Shown in pieces: positions 16,486 to 36,988 of a DNA stretch of 64,000 nucleotides. This stretch comes from the human T2T-CHM13v2.0 reference genome, Homo sapiens, in assembly GCF_009914755.1 (NCBI RefSeq), contig NC_060933.1. One strand, written 5' to 3'. Every line of letters starts with the position of its first letter. Positions within the stretch are counted from its first letter, which is position 1. Position numbers and translations under genes: made by a program. The notes under the pieces are model-generated. The model ran no database searches and was not told the origin of the DNA. It was given only the letters and a program-made list of their open reading frames with translations.

Positions 16486-17319
16486 AATTCTTTCTATGCA
16501 CCTCTGAGAGTTGACAGAATTAGGGTCTGAATGAGAATATAAGGTATGAGAAGGATATGGCTTCTTCCCAAGACATGTTACAGAGGGATGGAAAGAAGAC
16601 TGTGTTCAACTTATAACATCTTAAAGGGACCTCATGACCTCACAGGCCAGAGCAGGCTATGGAGCATCTGGGAGCTGAAGAAAGAGAACTTCAGTGATAC
16701 TTAAGTAAGGGTTAAGAGATGCACTCCAATTGCATTCTGAAGACAGATCCCAACAAGACCAATGACATCAGCTAGATTTTTTTCAGCCCAAAGTAATAAA
16801 CCTGCAAATTATCAGAACTTGTTCACTACTCCGTACTTGGCTCTAATATGATTAGTAAGATGGCAGTGTCAGAATCCTTGAGAAAATAATAACCAGAACA
16901 TCTTAGAATTTATTGTGCCCAAGGAAGGAGCCCTGTCAATAGACAAATGTTTATTTGAGATGTCAAAAAGATAATTTTAAAACTTTAGGAAAACAACAGG
17001 CATTATCCCATGGCAATATGTTTTATGTCCAAATTTCAACTCTATTATTTCAAGCTATGTGTGTGACTTTAGAGGCAGCTTTGACTTCAATTTTTTAACT
17101 TAAAAAGATAAGAGTATTTAGAACACAATGGGAAATGTTACATAATACTACCTTGTAGACCTCCGAGCAACCACTATACAAAGAGACACTGTTGTTATGA
17201 TTGAGGACAACATCGTTCATCAAATGTGAAAAGCTACCCAAATGAAACCCAGAAAAAACATGTTCCACTGAAGAAGAGAGAAATGGGCAAAGTAACCAAG
17301 GAAAGAATATTTACAGTGA

Positions 17320-17681
<362 letters not shown>

Positions 17682-18268
17682 TCAAAGAGATTTTTTGTAT
17701 ACTCATAAGAAAAAACAGAAGAAGCTGCACTCTTTTGACAAAGCTCATAAGGCTAAGAAAATAGACAGGTCCGGATCCAAGATGGTCGAATAGGAACAGC
17801 TCCAGTCTACAGCTCCCAGCATGAATGACGCAGAAGACAGGTGATTTCTGAATTTCCGACTGAGCTTTGGTGACAGTAGTGGTTCTCCCAGCATGGAGTT
17901 TGAGATCTGAGAATGGAAAGACTGCCTCCTTAAGTGGGTCCCTGACCCCTGCGTAGCCTAACTGGGAGACAACTCCCAGTAGGGGCTGACTGACACCGCA
18001 TACAGCCAGGTGCCCCTCTGAGACGAAGCTTCCAGAGGAAGGATCAGACAGCAACATTTGCCATTCTGCAATATTTGCTGTTCTGCAGCCTCTGCTGGTG
18101 ATACCCAGGCAAACAGGGTCTGGACTGGACCTCCAGCAAACTCCAACAGACCTGCAGCTGAGGGTCCTGACTCTTAGAAGGAAAACTAACAAACAGAAAG
18201 GACAACCACACAAAACCCCATCTGTACGTCACTACCATCAAAGACCAAAGGTACATAAAACCACAAAG

Positions 18269-19097
18269 ATGGGGAGAAACCAGAGCAGAAAAGCTGAAAA
18301 TTCTAAAAATCAGAGCGCCTCTTCTCCTCCAAAGGAACACAACGCCTCGCCAGCAACGGAACAAAGCTGGATGGAGAATGACTTTGACGAGTTGAGAGAA
18401 GAAGGTTTCAGATGATCGGTAATAACAAACTTCTCCGAGCTAAAGGAGGATGTTCGAACCCGTCGCAAAGAAGCTAAAAACCTTGAAAAAGGATTAGACG
18501 AATGGCTAACTAGAATAAACAGCGTAGAGAAGACCTTAAATGACCAGATGGAGCTGAAAACCATGGCACTAGAACTACATGACGCATGCACAAGCTTCAG
18601 TAGCCAATCCGATCAACTGGAAGAAAGGGTATCAGTGATTGAGGATCAAATGAATGAAATGAAGCGAGAAAAGAAGTTTAGAGAAAAAAGAGTAAAAAGA
18701 AATGAACAAAGCCTCCAAGAAATATGTGACTGTGAAAAGATTCACCAAACTTGAAATGAAGGAAAAAATATTAAGGGCAGCCAGAGAGAAAGGTCGGGTT
18801 ACTCACAAAGGGAAGCCCATCAGACTAACAGTGGATCTCTCGGCAGAAACTCTACAAGCCAGAAGAGAGTGGGGGCCAATATTCAACATTCTTAAAGAAA
18901 AGAATTTTCAACCCAGAATTTCATATCCAGCCAAACTAAGCTTCATAACTGAAGGAGAAATAAAATCCTTTACAGACAAGCAAATGCTGAGAGATTCTGT
19001 CACCACCAGGCCTGCCTTACAAGAGCTCCTGAAGGAAGCACTAAACATGGAAAGGAACAACCAGTACCAGCCACTGCAAAAACATGCCAAATTGTAA
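18269..19097 (+). pseudogene. Disrupted L1 ORF1p remnant
   Basis: MGRNQSRKAENSKNQS...QPLQKHAKL*; premature TGA at 18413-18415; internal deletion at 18740/18741. Confidence 0.9.
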
Positions 19098-19160
19098 AGA
19101 CCATCAAGGCTAGGAAGAAACTGCATCAACTAATGAGCAAAATAACCAGTTAACATCATA

Positions 19161-23313
<4,153 letters not shown>

Positions 23314-24361
23314 ACAGCGAGAACACATGGACACAGGAAGGGGAACACTACACAACGGGGACTGTCGCGGGGTGGGGGGAGGGGGGAGGGATAGCATTAG
23401 GAGATATACCTAATGTAAATGACAAGTTAATGGGTGCAGCACACCAACATGGCACATGTATACATATGCAACAAACCTGCACGTTGTGCACATGTACCCT
23501 GTAACTTAAAGTATAATAATAATAAAATAATAAAAAATTAAAAAGTTCAGTGTTCGAGTTCTCTCTTTGTCTCTTGGCCTCTGCGATGCCTGCAGAAACC
23601 CAGTCGCAACCCATTCATTCATATTCCTCTCCTTAGAGCCAGGAGTTAGCACCCCAAGGGCAGTGCTGAATCCCTGGACAGGACTCAGGATAAATGCATT
23701 CCCCCTGCTGTCTCTCAGAGGCACAGCTGTGAAACACATTCTACCGGCTTCCTGAGAGCTTCCCAGGGAGTTCACGCCCCAGTTGCTCACAGAAGTGACC
23801 AGCTCAATGACACCCCCTTTTGGTGGATTTTTCTTCTCTATTCCATTCTTCCCTCTTTTATGAGCTCACTTTCTAAAAGAGGCTACCTGCACAAACGCCC
23901 ATCACAGGCTCAGCTTTCTAAGAAAACTCTGGCTGGGACAGTGGACTTTCCAGAATGGAATGTGGGCAGTATTCTAAAATACTAAATAAAATGCAATAGG
24001 AAAATCAAAGGGATGAATGTCACATGGCATAAAGAAGGAGGTAGAGGACATCTGCCTAGCCTGCCAAAACAAAACAAATTGACAATCAACCCCGGCCACC
24101 CAGGAGATGAGCTTTGTCACAGCAATTCTTCCTCATATCCCAGAAAAAAGAAGAAATGAGGACAGTAGAATCAACTGTGACATCCAAAAAAGGAAAGCTG
24201 CCCAATCTCTTCTCTAGAATGTGTCAACTGTGATTTATGAAATGACATATGCTATTTTTATATTGCAATGTTTGCTTATCTATAGGTAAGAGCTCACTAT
24301 TTCTTATATCATGTTATAATTATATTCATGAAGAAGATGACCATTGCACAGACAAGTACAC

Positions 24362-24700
24362 TGTGAAGAACCGTGAGGAGAGATTTTAACCTACTTGCAA
24401 GCTAACAAATGAGTCTGCCAGTTTGTTTCATGGTTGCGGCAGAAGACTCCTGGGTCAAAGCAAAGGACTGTATTACTTACAGCATAGCAAACAGTATGAG
24501 CATCAGCATATTTGCATCAATTTCCTTGCCTCCAAGTCCTCTGGGGGAATATGGATGGGCACAGATGGATGTGTGCACACGCAGTGGGTTACATGACAAG
24601 TGAGGAGCCCTGAGCTTAGGGAATTCAAAGTTTTCTATGGGCAGCAGGCTTTGCTTGCCCTTTGGCAACACTGCTGAAATAAATCTCTTATAGTTCAAGA
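24362..24700. mobile_element. Probable ERV LTR fragment (family uncertain)
   Basis: Motif ctacttgcaagctaacaa...agaagactcctgggtca resembles recalled ERV1/ERVL LTR consensus. Confidence 0.45.
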
Positions 24701-27700
24701 TGTATTGATAAGCGTGTTAAGCTTATTTTTATATATGAAGAATAACAAATTGTTATTTTCTATGGTTATTCACAGTATCTCAAAATCTATGTGATATTTT
24801 ACTAGCTTAGTTTTATTATAATTTTAAAAGACCATTTGGGTTCCTTTGTTAGTGGACAAGAATGAAAAGAGATAAATTAGTTACTTTCTTAAAGCTAAGC
24901 AACATCATTTTCTATTGAGGAACCCAAAACTTTCCTAACTTTTACAAATGTTTGTAAATTGTAGGTTCTGTGACAGCCTGTGCTATAAAATTTCATAAGC
25001 TTATGAGAGCTTTCTTAACACAGCTGTGGACTTTTCTCCTGGTGTTGTACAGCAGTTCAAATTAGCACAAGAATCATAAACCCTATATTTGAACAGCTAT
25101 ATAATATTATATATTTATTTTCCCATTTGATGTTGCATTACTTTTTCTACCAATCTTCTTACAATAAATTCATAAATATCTTAATTATGGCAAATGTGCA
25201 GTTCTTAAAGATGAGAATCATCAAACATATTTCTATTACAGAGATATATTCTTCAAAAAGTCATCTAAAATAGAAACCCAACTGGGAGACACCTTAAAAG
25301 GTTGTCTGCCACAACAGAAGCTTTGCTTAAAATACTGTTCTCTTTGTATTTGTGTTAATAATTGATTTGTCTTTGAAATTAAATTAGGAATCTACTATAT
25401 CTAGTGGTCTTGAAATCAAAGCCCCCTCCCCATTCCTTATCTTCACTGCTGTGTTCAAAAAGACTAGACTCCAGGGACCTGTCCAAAGCTGGGTTAAATA
25501 TAGGATGTCTGAGAGACACCCTTCTTTCATAGTTCGAGGGTAAGCATGTAGCTGTATGTGTGTGGAGGGGCGGGTGGAGGAGGTTAGCTGTATCAGGGTA
25601 GGCATAATACTATATTTTAAATCCCTCCTTCTGTTATAAATGTAAGCTGAAAATAATCTCTGCTCCCAGCGGCAGCAATCGTAAACTCGCTTAGTTCTGC
25701 CTGTAATTTAATTTAATTTAACATGTGACATTGAGACAATGTTTCTTTTAATTCACATATAACTTCTTCCTCACCCACATTCCAGCCAAATAAACACATA
25801 CTTATAGAAAAATGTGACTGTTTTCCTGGGCACCCCAACAATTCAACTGTCCCTAAAACACCAGGTTCAATTTAAACTCTATTAGCTTGTCTGAGGGCTA
25901 AGATATCTAAAAATCCAAGACAAATTATCATTTGCATATATGGAGGCAGCTCTGATTGAACAGATATCTAAAACTGATAGGTAATATTTTAGATCAAATC
26001 ACTCCATCAAGTCAAAGACTAATTCAACTGTTTGTTCAGTTTCCAAAGGAATCCTTCCATTTTGGTCTAGTGTTCCATAAACATTGACTTTACATGAAAA
26101 GGACAGTGAAGAGATCTCTTGAACCGGCCAGAAAGTTGAAGCTCAAGGTTGCAGAAGATTTGAGCTACCAAGTCCAAGCCTTCTAAAAGATTCCCAATAT
26201 GTATATATATCATTTTCCTAACTCTACATTTGCCTGAGAAGCAATGACATTCAATAAACTTTTTTCCACGGGATTTAGTTACAAAATAAGTTAAGGAACT
26301 ACAAGTTATATATTTCCTGGAAAAATATACTATTATACATATATATTATATATTCAAAACTCCATAAAGCATATAAAGTATAAGCATATACTGAGTTATA
26401 AGGCATAACTCAACATGTTATTTTAACCTAAAATTTTCTTAGGGCCTCAATTGCAAATGCTTTAATTGCCAATGGTTCATAAACACATCTGTGAATTAGA
26501 AGCAAGTAATATCCTCTGTTTTTATACTCTCAAAAAATGTGATTATACTTAATCAAAAGTAATTCAAACCACAGCCCAGGCAATACATACTAGACCACGT
26601 CTTCTTGGTAATTTAATTCTTAGCAATAATTTTAATTGCTGCCTAATTAAGTAGGCATGCTACTTAAATCACAATCCTGTAGTTATAAGGTTAAAACTAT
26701 TTTAAAATCTCAAATGTTTTTAGATTTCAATCACTCTTCGTATTATTACAACAAAAATGTTCATTAACTGGAACACATGCAGTATCATTTTTTAGCCCCC
26801 ACTTTATGATATTTTTTAATTTTTATTACCAGAGTAGTCATTTCATTATAAAATTTTAACCAAGCTAAGCATATACTCCATTTTTTAGAAAACTAGATTT
26901 ACTGTAGTCCTGTTAAGGCTATCATAGTAAGCAATGAATTTCACACTTGTCTTTTATACAGTACCACAACACATCAAGCAGATATATGAATTCCTTGACA
27001 AAATACATTTAAAACAAACAATTCCATGCCTTATATGTCAAGTGGAAAAGGAATATTTTTTCTACAGTGACAGAGCAGACTTGACATGTGCACAATCATG
27101 TACAACCAAGCGTTTGCAAATGCTCTTACAACGTGGAGCAACCGGGCCTAGGGACAAGCAACCTTTCAGCTAAGAGTCTCGTCAAAGGTGCGGAAGCCCA
27201 TTACAGAAGACCAGATAACAGTCAGTCTGACGGGTTCATTCAGATATTCAAGCTTTAAAAAGTACTTCGAAGACTGATACAGATGTCCTAGGCAATAAAC
27301 TTCCCAAAAAGAATGGAGAACAATCCCAGTGCCAATTACATCTTTGTCATTCAGAAATCCAGGCTAATTTGATTTAGAGACATATATAAATGAACTGTTA
27401 TTTCTCATAATTGTTTTTTTTTCAGCCTCTTTATTTTTAATCTACATCTCTTAGGTAAAATGCATCAATTTAACTACACTTACTTATTCTGAGTTTTTCT
27501 ATTGGTCCATGTTTCCTTTAAACACAATTTTGAATGGTTTTTTAAAGTAACCATTTGATTTTGAAACCAATTTACAGAAAACATGGAAGAACTATGCTAA
27601 TATGCTGTATCACCCCTGAATACTTCAATGTACATTTCCTACAACAAAGATGTTCTCCTATATAACCATAATATGATCATCACAGTCATCATGGATAAAG

Positions 27701-28204
27701 TTCCAATATTTAATCCCCAATCTTGTTCAAGTTTCACCAATTCCCAATCATGTCCTTTATAACATAAGCATTTAATGCAGAATAGTATTTAGTTGCCTTG
27801 TTTTCTTAGCCTCTGTCAATCTGGAATGCCTCCTTCCTCACTCCACTCAACCTCTGACAACTTGCTATAGGTCACCACCAGTGCTGTCTCCTGTCTCTCC
27901 AGGTCCCCACCCTTGCTATACTGTGGATGCTTTCCTTACCCTGCTGGTTTCTGAATGCTCTGCCATGGTCCTGGGCCTCCCCACTACCCAGCATGGATGC
28001 CTAAGCTGAACTGAATGACCTTGGACTGAATTGTTCAAAAAGAGAAGGGGAAAGGAAGAGGAAGAAGAATGCCAAGTAATTTGATTTTTCTTTTTTCATG
28101 ATCAAACCAATGTCTTGGAATTGATTATCATTTCCATGGGCTACTTCAGCTCCGTACTGTTTGTATAGAGTTTGGTGAAAATGAATAAAGGCATGTGAAC
28201 TACA

Positions 28205-28463
28205 TTTTTTGTTTTTTTTTTTTTGTTTTTTTTTGAGACAGAGTCTCACTCCGTCACCCAGGCTGGAGTGCAGTGGCACGATCTCAGCTCACTGCCTCCT
28301 CACAGGCACCTGCCACCATGCCCTGAAATTTTTTCATATTTTTAGTAGAGGCAGGGTTTCACCGTGTTGTCCAGGCTGGTTTCGAACTCCCGACCTCAAG
28401 TGATCCACCCGCCTCAGCCTCCCAAAGTGCTGAGATTACAGGTGTGAGCCACCGTGCCCAGCC
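28205..28463 (-). mobile_element. Alu (AluSx/Sz-like) with ~50-bp right-arm deletion
   Basis: TSD tgaact(a/c)catttttt. Confidence 0.9.
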
Positions 28464-29074
28464 TGAACTCCATTTTTTATAGAGTACCATTTGACACTAA
28501 AATTAAGAGTCTGTTACTCATCTGCAGAATCTCTCTTAAAATGGTATTACTAAAAGGTCCAAAATGAAACATCTGTAAAAATAATTATTCCTACACTCTG
28601 TGAGATCTCTTTCCTGACACATTTCACATCTAAGTGAGTTTCCTAACTAACCCACACACACTCTATAGTAGGCTTACCCTTCTTTCCCCAGGCTGGCTGG
28701 CGAACTTGCAAAACATAACCATTTAGGGGAAAAAATTGAGGCAATTAAAATTAAAAGTGTTTTAGGCTAAGTAATGAATAAATTAACCCACTGAAAAGTT
28801 ACATCAAAGGCTATTACTCAGCATTTTACCAATTACAGGAATTTCTGCAAAATCTGCCCAGCCATTTGTTTGTGTATCCCTGGGATCAGTGCCCAGAGTT
28901 CAATCTTTCTCTTGATGCTTCCTGTTGTTTTCAGGGACTCAATGAGAGCAGTAAGTGACCTTTCACTCAGTGCAAGTCTATGGGCACTGAAGTTACGAAA
29001 ATATTTCCCTTCATGCAGAATCTTCCTAACAAAGCTTTCCCATGTATTTGTCAGGTCAAATAACATTCAGATAA

Positions 29075-29431
<357 letters not shown>

Positions 29432-31436
29432 TGAAGAGCCATTTCATGCCATCATCAACAGGCTGCCTTCGTGGGTGGCCAATGTGCTTCTGGAAAACCA
29501 GCTGTGAATAACGTGAGCAACTCATGGTGTCTTCATGAGAAGGAAACTTTTAGATGTCCTTATTGACTTTCTTCTTGGTATTGAAGGTGGTATAATTATT
29601 ATAGTTACATAGTTTTATCTGGAAGAATTACTTGATCTAAAAGGTAATTTAAAATTAGTAAAATTTATTAGATATGAGGATACTAAGTTTCATCAACGAA
29701 AGAAGACTGAAAACACCCACAGTAGTAGTACTGAAATTTTACGTGTCACTCAGCAACTCGCGAGAGTCCCGTCTGGTGCTGAGTCCGTTTGGAATATCTG
29801 TCCCTGCCCTCCCCTCCTCCAAAAAGAATGTTCACTGTAAATGAGAAGAGCTTAATTTCTATGGGCTTTGTAATCCTTCCACTGGATTCCAAGCAAAATA
29901 ACTATCAATACAACTAATCCTGAGAATAAAAAGTAATCACAACTATGCAACAAAAACAGGAAAGGTGGTGGCAGGATCTCAGATTTCATTTTTCTCCAGG
30001 AAGGTCTTTTTGAAGCCCTGTTTATTCAATAGTAAGAGTGACCTCTAGTGACTTATTTTGTTGTATTTTGCCAGTTGATTGGTCAATTACTCTAGCATGC
30101 CTTTCTATAAGTAACTCATTTATGTGTTTATTTAAGCCAAACGGCAGTTTCCATTACAAGACCCAAGGATTTTAATTTAAGTAACAACGTTTTATTCACA
30201 AAGCCCTCTCACAAAAGCAGATTAAAGTTGAATCTGAAACACGGTACAGCATCTGACCAAAGCAATCCGGAGCTTGTTTTTTCGAAGGGCACACCAAGTG
30301 TAGGATTAACTGAGGCACAACTGAATCATGATGCACAGTGAGTGCATGAACCCATGTGCGTGCCCTGTGTGTGAAGAAACAACCCACCCTTGAGCCCACG
30401 GGCAGAACAGCACTGAGCTACGGCAAACTTTTCATGACAGCTTAGGAAAACTGCTGAAAGCTACCCTTGGTTATCCTGCAATAATCTAAATTTCCAAACA
30501 TGGCCACTAGCATTTATTGGAACTTATTTCGAAAGAGATTTTGGTAGGAGAGGGCTGAGGCTGACAGCAGGGAGATGCCACTGAAAGAAAAATAAAAGTG
30601 ATTTGAGAAGGAGGAGGAAGACATTTTAAAAATTCTAATCTCATGGTTTCATTAATCAAGAAAGAAAGACGACTCTCTGATAGAGATTTACTCCAAGCCG
30701 AAAAAAAAATGTGCAATGTTGTGTAAACATTTTTATGTGTGATAAAATATGGGTACATTATGTTTTGCTCATCTGTCTGGAATATCATCATTATATTAGA
30801 ATCATAGCCCATTCTAGAAATAAAAGCTTCCTAGGTGTTTACCAAATTAAGTAAAATAAAAAACAGGGAACCCGATGGCAAATTAAATAATGTAAAATAT
30901 TAGCATCCAGAGAGGAATCATTTTCAAGATCACCTAAATGACTGGCTGAGTTTTGTCTTTAACCAAGAACTTTCTACTGAGAAACGAAGCCCCTGACAGG
31001 GGTGTTCAAGTGTTATTCCCTTAGTAGTTAGGGCAGGTTATTAATTTAGTTTCGCCTACAGGCACTCTGTCCCTATACTGCGTGGAAGTTAATTAGCATT
31101 TTAACTCTGAAGCTGCCAAGGTCGGCAAAACTGTAAGCTGCTAACATGTAAGTTGATGCAGTATGATGTAATGTCTGCCAGTTTTTTCCCTGTTAGACTT
31201 AATTCCTACAAAATATTACAATCCTAAAAAGGAATAAATGACAGCATTTGCAGGCTAATCTCTTATTAAGATGCTCTTTTCAGGTTTTACAGAAACGGCC
31301 ACTTTCTCAATGAATATTCAAGAACATCGATTAAAAAGTCAAAACCTGCATGGTATATCTTAGACTCCCCCACAAGAGGAAAGTCTATTGTAAACAAAAT
31401 CGTCTTTTTCGGGTTGCAATCCCAAATATTTTTTTA

Positions 31437-32360
<924 letters not shown>

Positions 32361-33212
32361 AAGCCTTTATTTAAAGTTTTAATATTTTGTCTATCATGGG
32401 TTTTTTTTCTTTGCGATTACATTCAATTTTAAAACTATTTCATTCATTCAGGATTAGCGTTACTTAACAGTTGCTCCTGAGACTAGTGCGTTAGTCCCTT
32501 CACCCTAGTCCTGGCCTTGGTGGAAGTCTAAAATTTACATTTTATTCCAGCTTTCTGTCCAAAAGAGCAACCCCTGCAAGTGTAGGATGAGGAGCTCAGT
32601 CCAGCAGCAGCTAACACTGCACTCCTTGCGCACCTGCTGTGTGCTAGAGGGAGGGGCGGAGGCGGGAGGTGGGAGGCAGGGGGCGGGGGGGTCTTTCTCT
32701 TTTTCTCTTCCTCTGCTTCTCAAATTCACAGTAGGGGCAAAGATTGACAAACTCACTCACATTACCACCACCGCGAGTTTCCAAAAAAGAAAAAAGAAAG
32801 AAAGATACTAACTTTTTTAGATGGTATCTCTAAGAAATAGTGTATTAATCTTCCCTTTGGAAAGACAACTTTGAAAGGCTTTTTCATTAAAATGAATTCA
32901 AATGTAATAGATGTAAAATGTAAAATGAATTCAGATGTAATAGAGGAAGAAACTTACAAAGTCATTCTTGAATTATTAATTGGGTTCACTTAAACTACTT
33001 TTGCACAAGAACTCTGTAAATAGCACGTCTTTTATTACAGAAAAAATTATAAATCTAAAGTTTTGATTGACAGATCAGTTGCCTTCAGTGAGACAGAAAG
33101 AGAGAAAATGGAAATCATTTTCTAAATTGGACCTAGAGTAAAACAACAAATGTCAATCTATTATTATACCAATTTGTCAGGCATCAGATGGAGTCTTTAA
33201 AAATGTGAACTT

Positions 33213-33504
33213 GGCCAGGTGCGGCGGCTCATGCCTGTAATCTCAGCACTTTGGGAGGCTGAGGAGGCCAAGAGGTCAGGAGATGGAGCCCATCCTGGCC
33301 AACATGGTGAAACCCCGTCTCTATTAAAATACAAAAAATTAGCCGGGCGTGGTGGTGCCTGCCTGTAGTCCCAGCTACTCGGGAGGCTGAGGCAGGAGAA
33401 TCGCTTGAACCCGGGAGGCAGAGGTTGCAGCAAGCCAACATTGTGCCCTGCACTCCAGCTTGGCGACAGAGCCAGACTCCGTCTCAAGACAAAAAAAAAA
33501 AAAA
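33213..33504 (+). mobile_element. Alu (AluSc-like)
   Basis: TSD gtgaactt. Confidence 0.92.
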
Positions 33505-34685
33505 GTGAACTTGGGTGTTCAAAGTGTTAGGCTTAATGGAGAAAGGACAAGAAACTTCTACGGTGGTAGACATTTGCAATTAAAAAAAATGGCTTCATTA
33601 AACTGTAAAATCACTAGCGTAGTGAGGGTGAATGCATTTTTTACAACATTGGAGGAATATGTTTATGAATATTATTCCCAATACATAAAATATACATTTT
33701 ACACACTTATAGGTACACTCAAAATTTGTTCCAAATTGTTCATGTCTAGTAAACATATATACACTATTTTATATGGTTAAGCCAATAAGCATCAGCATTT
33801 TCTTCTAAGACAGGAGGCTTGTAATTGTTTTGATTCCCCTGCTTTTGACTTAAAACATATTTAGGTTTATTCTACTTAAGTTGTTTGGTTAGGGAACTTG
33901 AAGTCCTTAGACATAAATGTGTGTCTTGAAATGCATTTTATGTGGCTATAATTGCTGCTATATGGTTATTATTTAAATCAGCATAGACATTTGCCGTGGT
34001 GATAATGCTGGCAATGAACTTTGCAGACTAAGAGTAGTGAGGCTCTAAAAATTACTTTGCCTAATAGAGAAGCATCCGTCACAATCATCACACACTACAC
34101 ACTTACTGAACAAATGAAGGCATGAATTCGAGATGGCCGATGTAACTAGAACACTGGATGTCCTAGAAAAAATGTCGAATATCACAAATATAAATGTTTT
34201 ATGTGTTGCTGCTTTATTTCCTTTCTTCCCTACTTTCCATGATAATGCAATTTAAACTTTGAAACTTCTTACTTACCTTCTATTTAACCTTAACATGGAT
34301 AATAAATACAATTATATTTTTTATTTCAATCTGGATAATGGTTGCATGATTCAACCAGAATAAAAAAGGAATAAGATCTACTTTGTAATAGCACATATTT
34401 AGGAAGTGAGTATATTTATATTGGAACAAATGATGATACTGAGGTGTGTTTGATGACTAGCTTCTGGATTATAAGAATGTAAATGTTTGTTAAGATAGAC
34501 TCTTTTGAAATTTGTTCTTGAATATTTTGAATTACAAAAGGAACATTTTTAAAAGAATTGTATAAAGAAAATGTTAATAATTGCCACTACCATCACCCCA
34601 ACCCCACTGAGGTAACCAATGATACATAACAGGCTGACAGGCTAGTATGTATCCTTATGTATCCTTGTTTTGGCTCTTCTTCTTC

Positions 34686-34982
34686 TTTTTTTTTTTGAGA
34701 CAGAGTCTCGCTCTGTCGCCTAGACTGGAGTGCAGTAGTGGTGTGATCTTCGCTCACTGCAACCTCTGCCTCCCAGGTTCAAGCAATTCGTGTGCCTCGG
34801 CCTTCTGAGAAGCTGGGACAACAAGTGAGTGCCACCAGACCCGGCTAAGTTTTTGTATTTTTGGTAGGGACAAGGTTTTTCCATGTTGCCCAGGCTGGTC
34901 TCGAACTTCCTGAGCTCAAGTGATCCACCCGCCTTGGCGTCCCAAAGTCTTGAGAATACAGGCGTGAGCCATCACACCGGCC
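34686..34982 (-). mobile_element. Alu (old, AluJ/Sz-like)
   Basis: Diverged dimer; TSD ttggctc. Confidence 0.9.
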
Positions 34983-35319
34983 TTGGCTCATATATAAACA
35001 CATACAACCTGTACATACAGTTGTGCTTATTTTGTTTTAATAAGGTTTTACCTTGTACTTTATACTCTCATCCTGCAATTTTATCATCTCTCTTTGTAGT
35101 ATACCGTGTGCATTCCAGTCTAAGCTAGAACTTAGTTTTCAGTTCTAGAAAATAGAGTGAGAATACAAAAATATAACATTTGCCTGCCAATCTAATAGTA
35201 TTTTAATTCCTAAATAGATCTACTTTCACAAATATGCTACTTCTCAAAGAATTATTTTTCTTATGATATTTTTCTAAGCAATGCAATGTGATATTACTCA
35301 GATTTTTTAAATGCACTAC

Positions 35320-35800
35320 TGCATTAGTCAAGGCCCAGAAAGAAAGCATGATTTGTTCAGATAGTTTAAAGGAACAGGCTGTAAAGAAAAGTGAAGGGAC
35401 CCACCAGGTGACCTTGTGGCAACCAAAGACAAGCACTAGCAGAAAGCCTTTACCACCTACAGCAGAGGCGCGGAGGGAGGAACGGTTGCTGCCAGATCCC
35501 CAGAAGGCAGCAGCCGGGGAACACAAAGGTCTGGCAGGAACCGCAGTCATAGAAGTAAAAAAATTTGTTGTCAGAACCTGGAAACAGGAGTGAGTAGGGA
35601 AGAAACTTTTTGAGCTCTGACTTCTGAAACCTTCCTGTTTCTGTGGGTGTCTCTCATTAGCCAAAACCAACTGGAAGTCAGCTGGGAGGGGAGCAGGGTG
35701 ACACTCGAGCAGGAAGGGTGACACTCGGGCAGGAAGGGTGACACTGGGGCTGGAAGAGTAGAGGGTGGTTCTGAGGACCTCCACAAAGAATGGCCAGCAC
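35320..35800. mobile_element. Probable old ERVL-class LTR (LTR33/LTR16-like) containing a 20-bp tandem repeat at ~35695-35746
   Basis: Motif ctcattagccaaaaccaactggaagtcag; (gcaggaagggtgacactcg) x ~2.7. Confidence 0.4.
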
Positions 35801-36602
35801 ATCCTAGAACACTGATACTTATCAAATTTAAAAAAAAAAAGTTTATTTTTGTTTTGTGCATTCATGTTCTTTAATGAATGATTTATAAAGTAATGGCTTG
35901 GAATAGAAATCTAAAGCTTTTATTTTTTAAATTATGAACCGAAGTAATCGTACTTGCTAGAAATTAAACCAGAGCTTTGAGGTCAAATAGTTTACTCTTT
36001 CTTCTGTTTATATTAACAGGGAAGATTAATTGTGCTGAATATCGTAGTTTTGAATGGAGCTTTTTATTAACTTCAACATCAGGAAATCACCAGAGTCCAC
36101 CTACCTTTCCTTATTTTTAACAGAAATAGAAAGATTGATGTTCTCATAGAGCAAAAAAGATGAGGTCTCACTTCTTGTGGCCTTCTGACATCCATCAATA
36201 TTTTAGGAAAACAATTCTCACATTTCAGGGCCAAATGGGAATTAAGTTGAGCTCAAATACAAAGGGAAATATTTTTTATTAAAACATTATAAATTTTTTT
36301 GTGAAACGAATCAGCTAGCCTAAAATTTAATCCTTCCAAACTACAGTAGGTTAAAAAAAACAAGTGAATGAATGGTAAACAAGTTGAAATTTTCTTTCCA
36401 GTTTCTTATCACTGGCTAATTGGGAAGAATTGAAAAGTCAGAAGAGGAGAAAATTATAATCAATGCCTACTCCATTAAAAAATTGCTTAACTGTTTTATT
36501 GAAATTGATTCTATAGAGAGCCCCTGATTGCATATTTGATAAGGAACATTAACGCTAATACATGAAATACCCTATGTGGTCACATATGAAAGAAACATTC
36601 TT

Positions 36603-36988
<386 letters not shown>

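Noticed and set aside
23368-23390. G-quadruplex-like tract
   Set aside because: Ordinary L1PA 3' UTR polypurine tract.
35203-35865. 220-aa minus-strand ORF
   Set aside because: No recognisable domain; overlaps a probable old LTR and short tandem repeat; no supporting gene structure.
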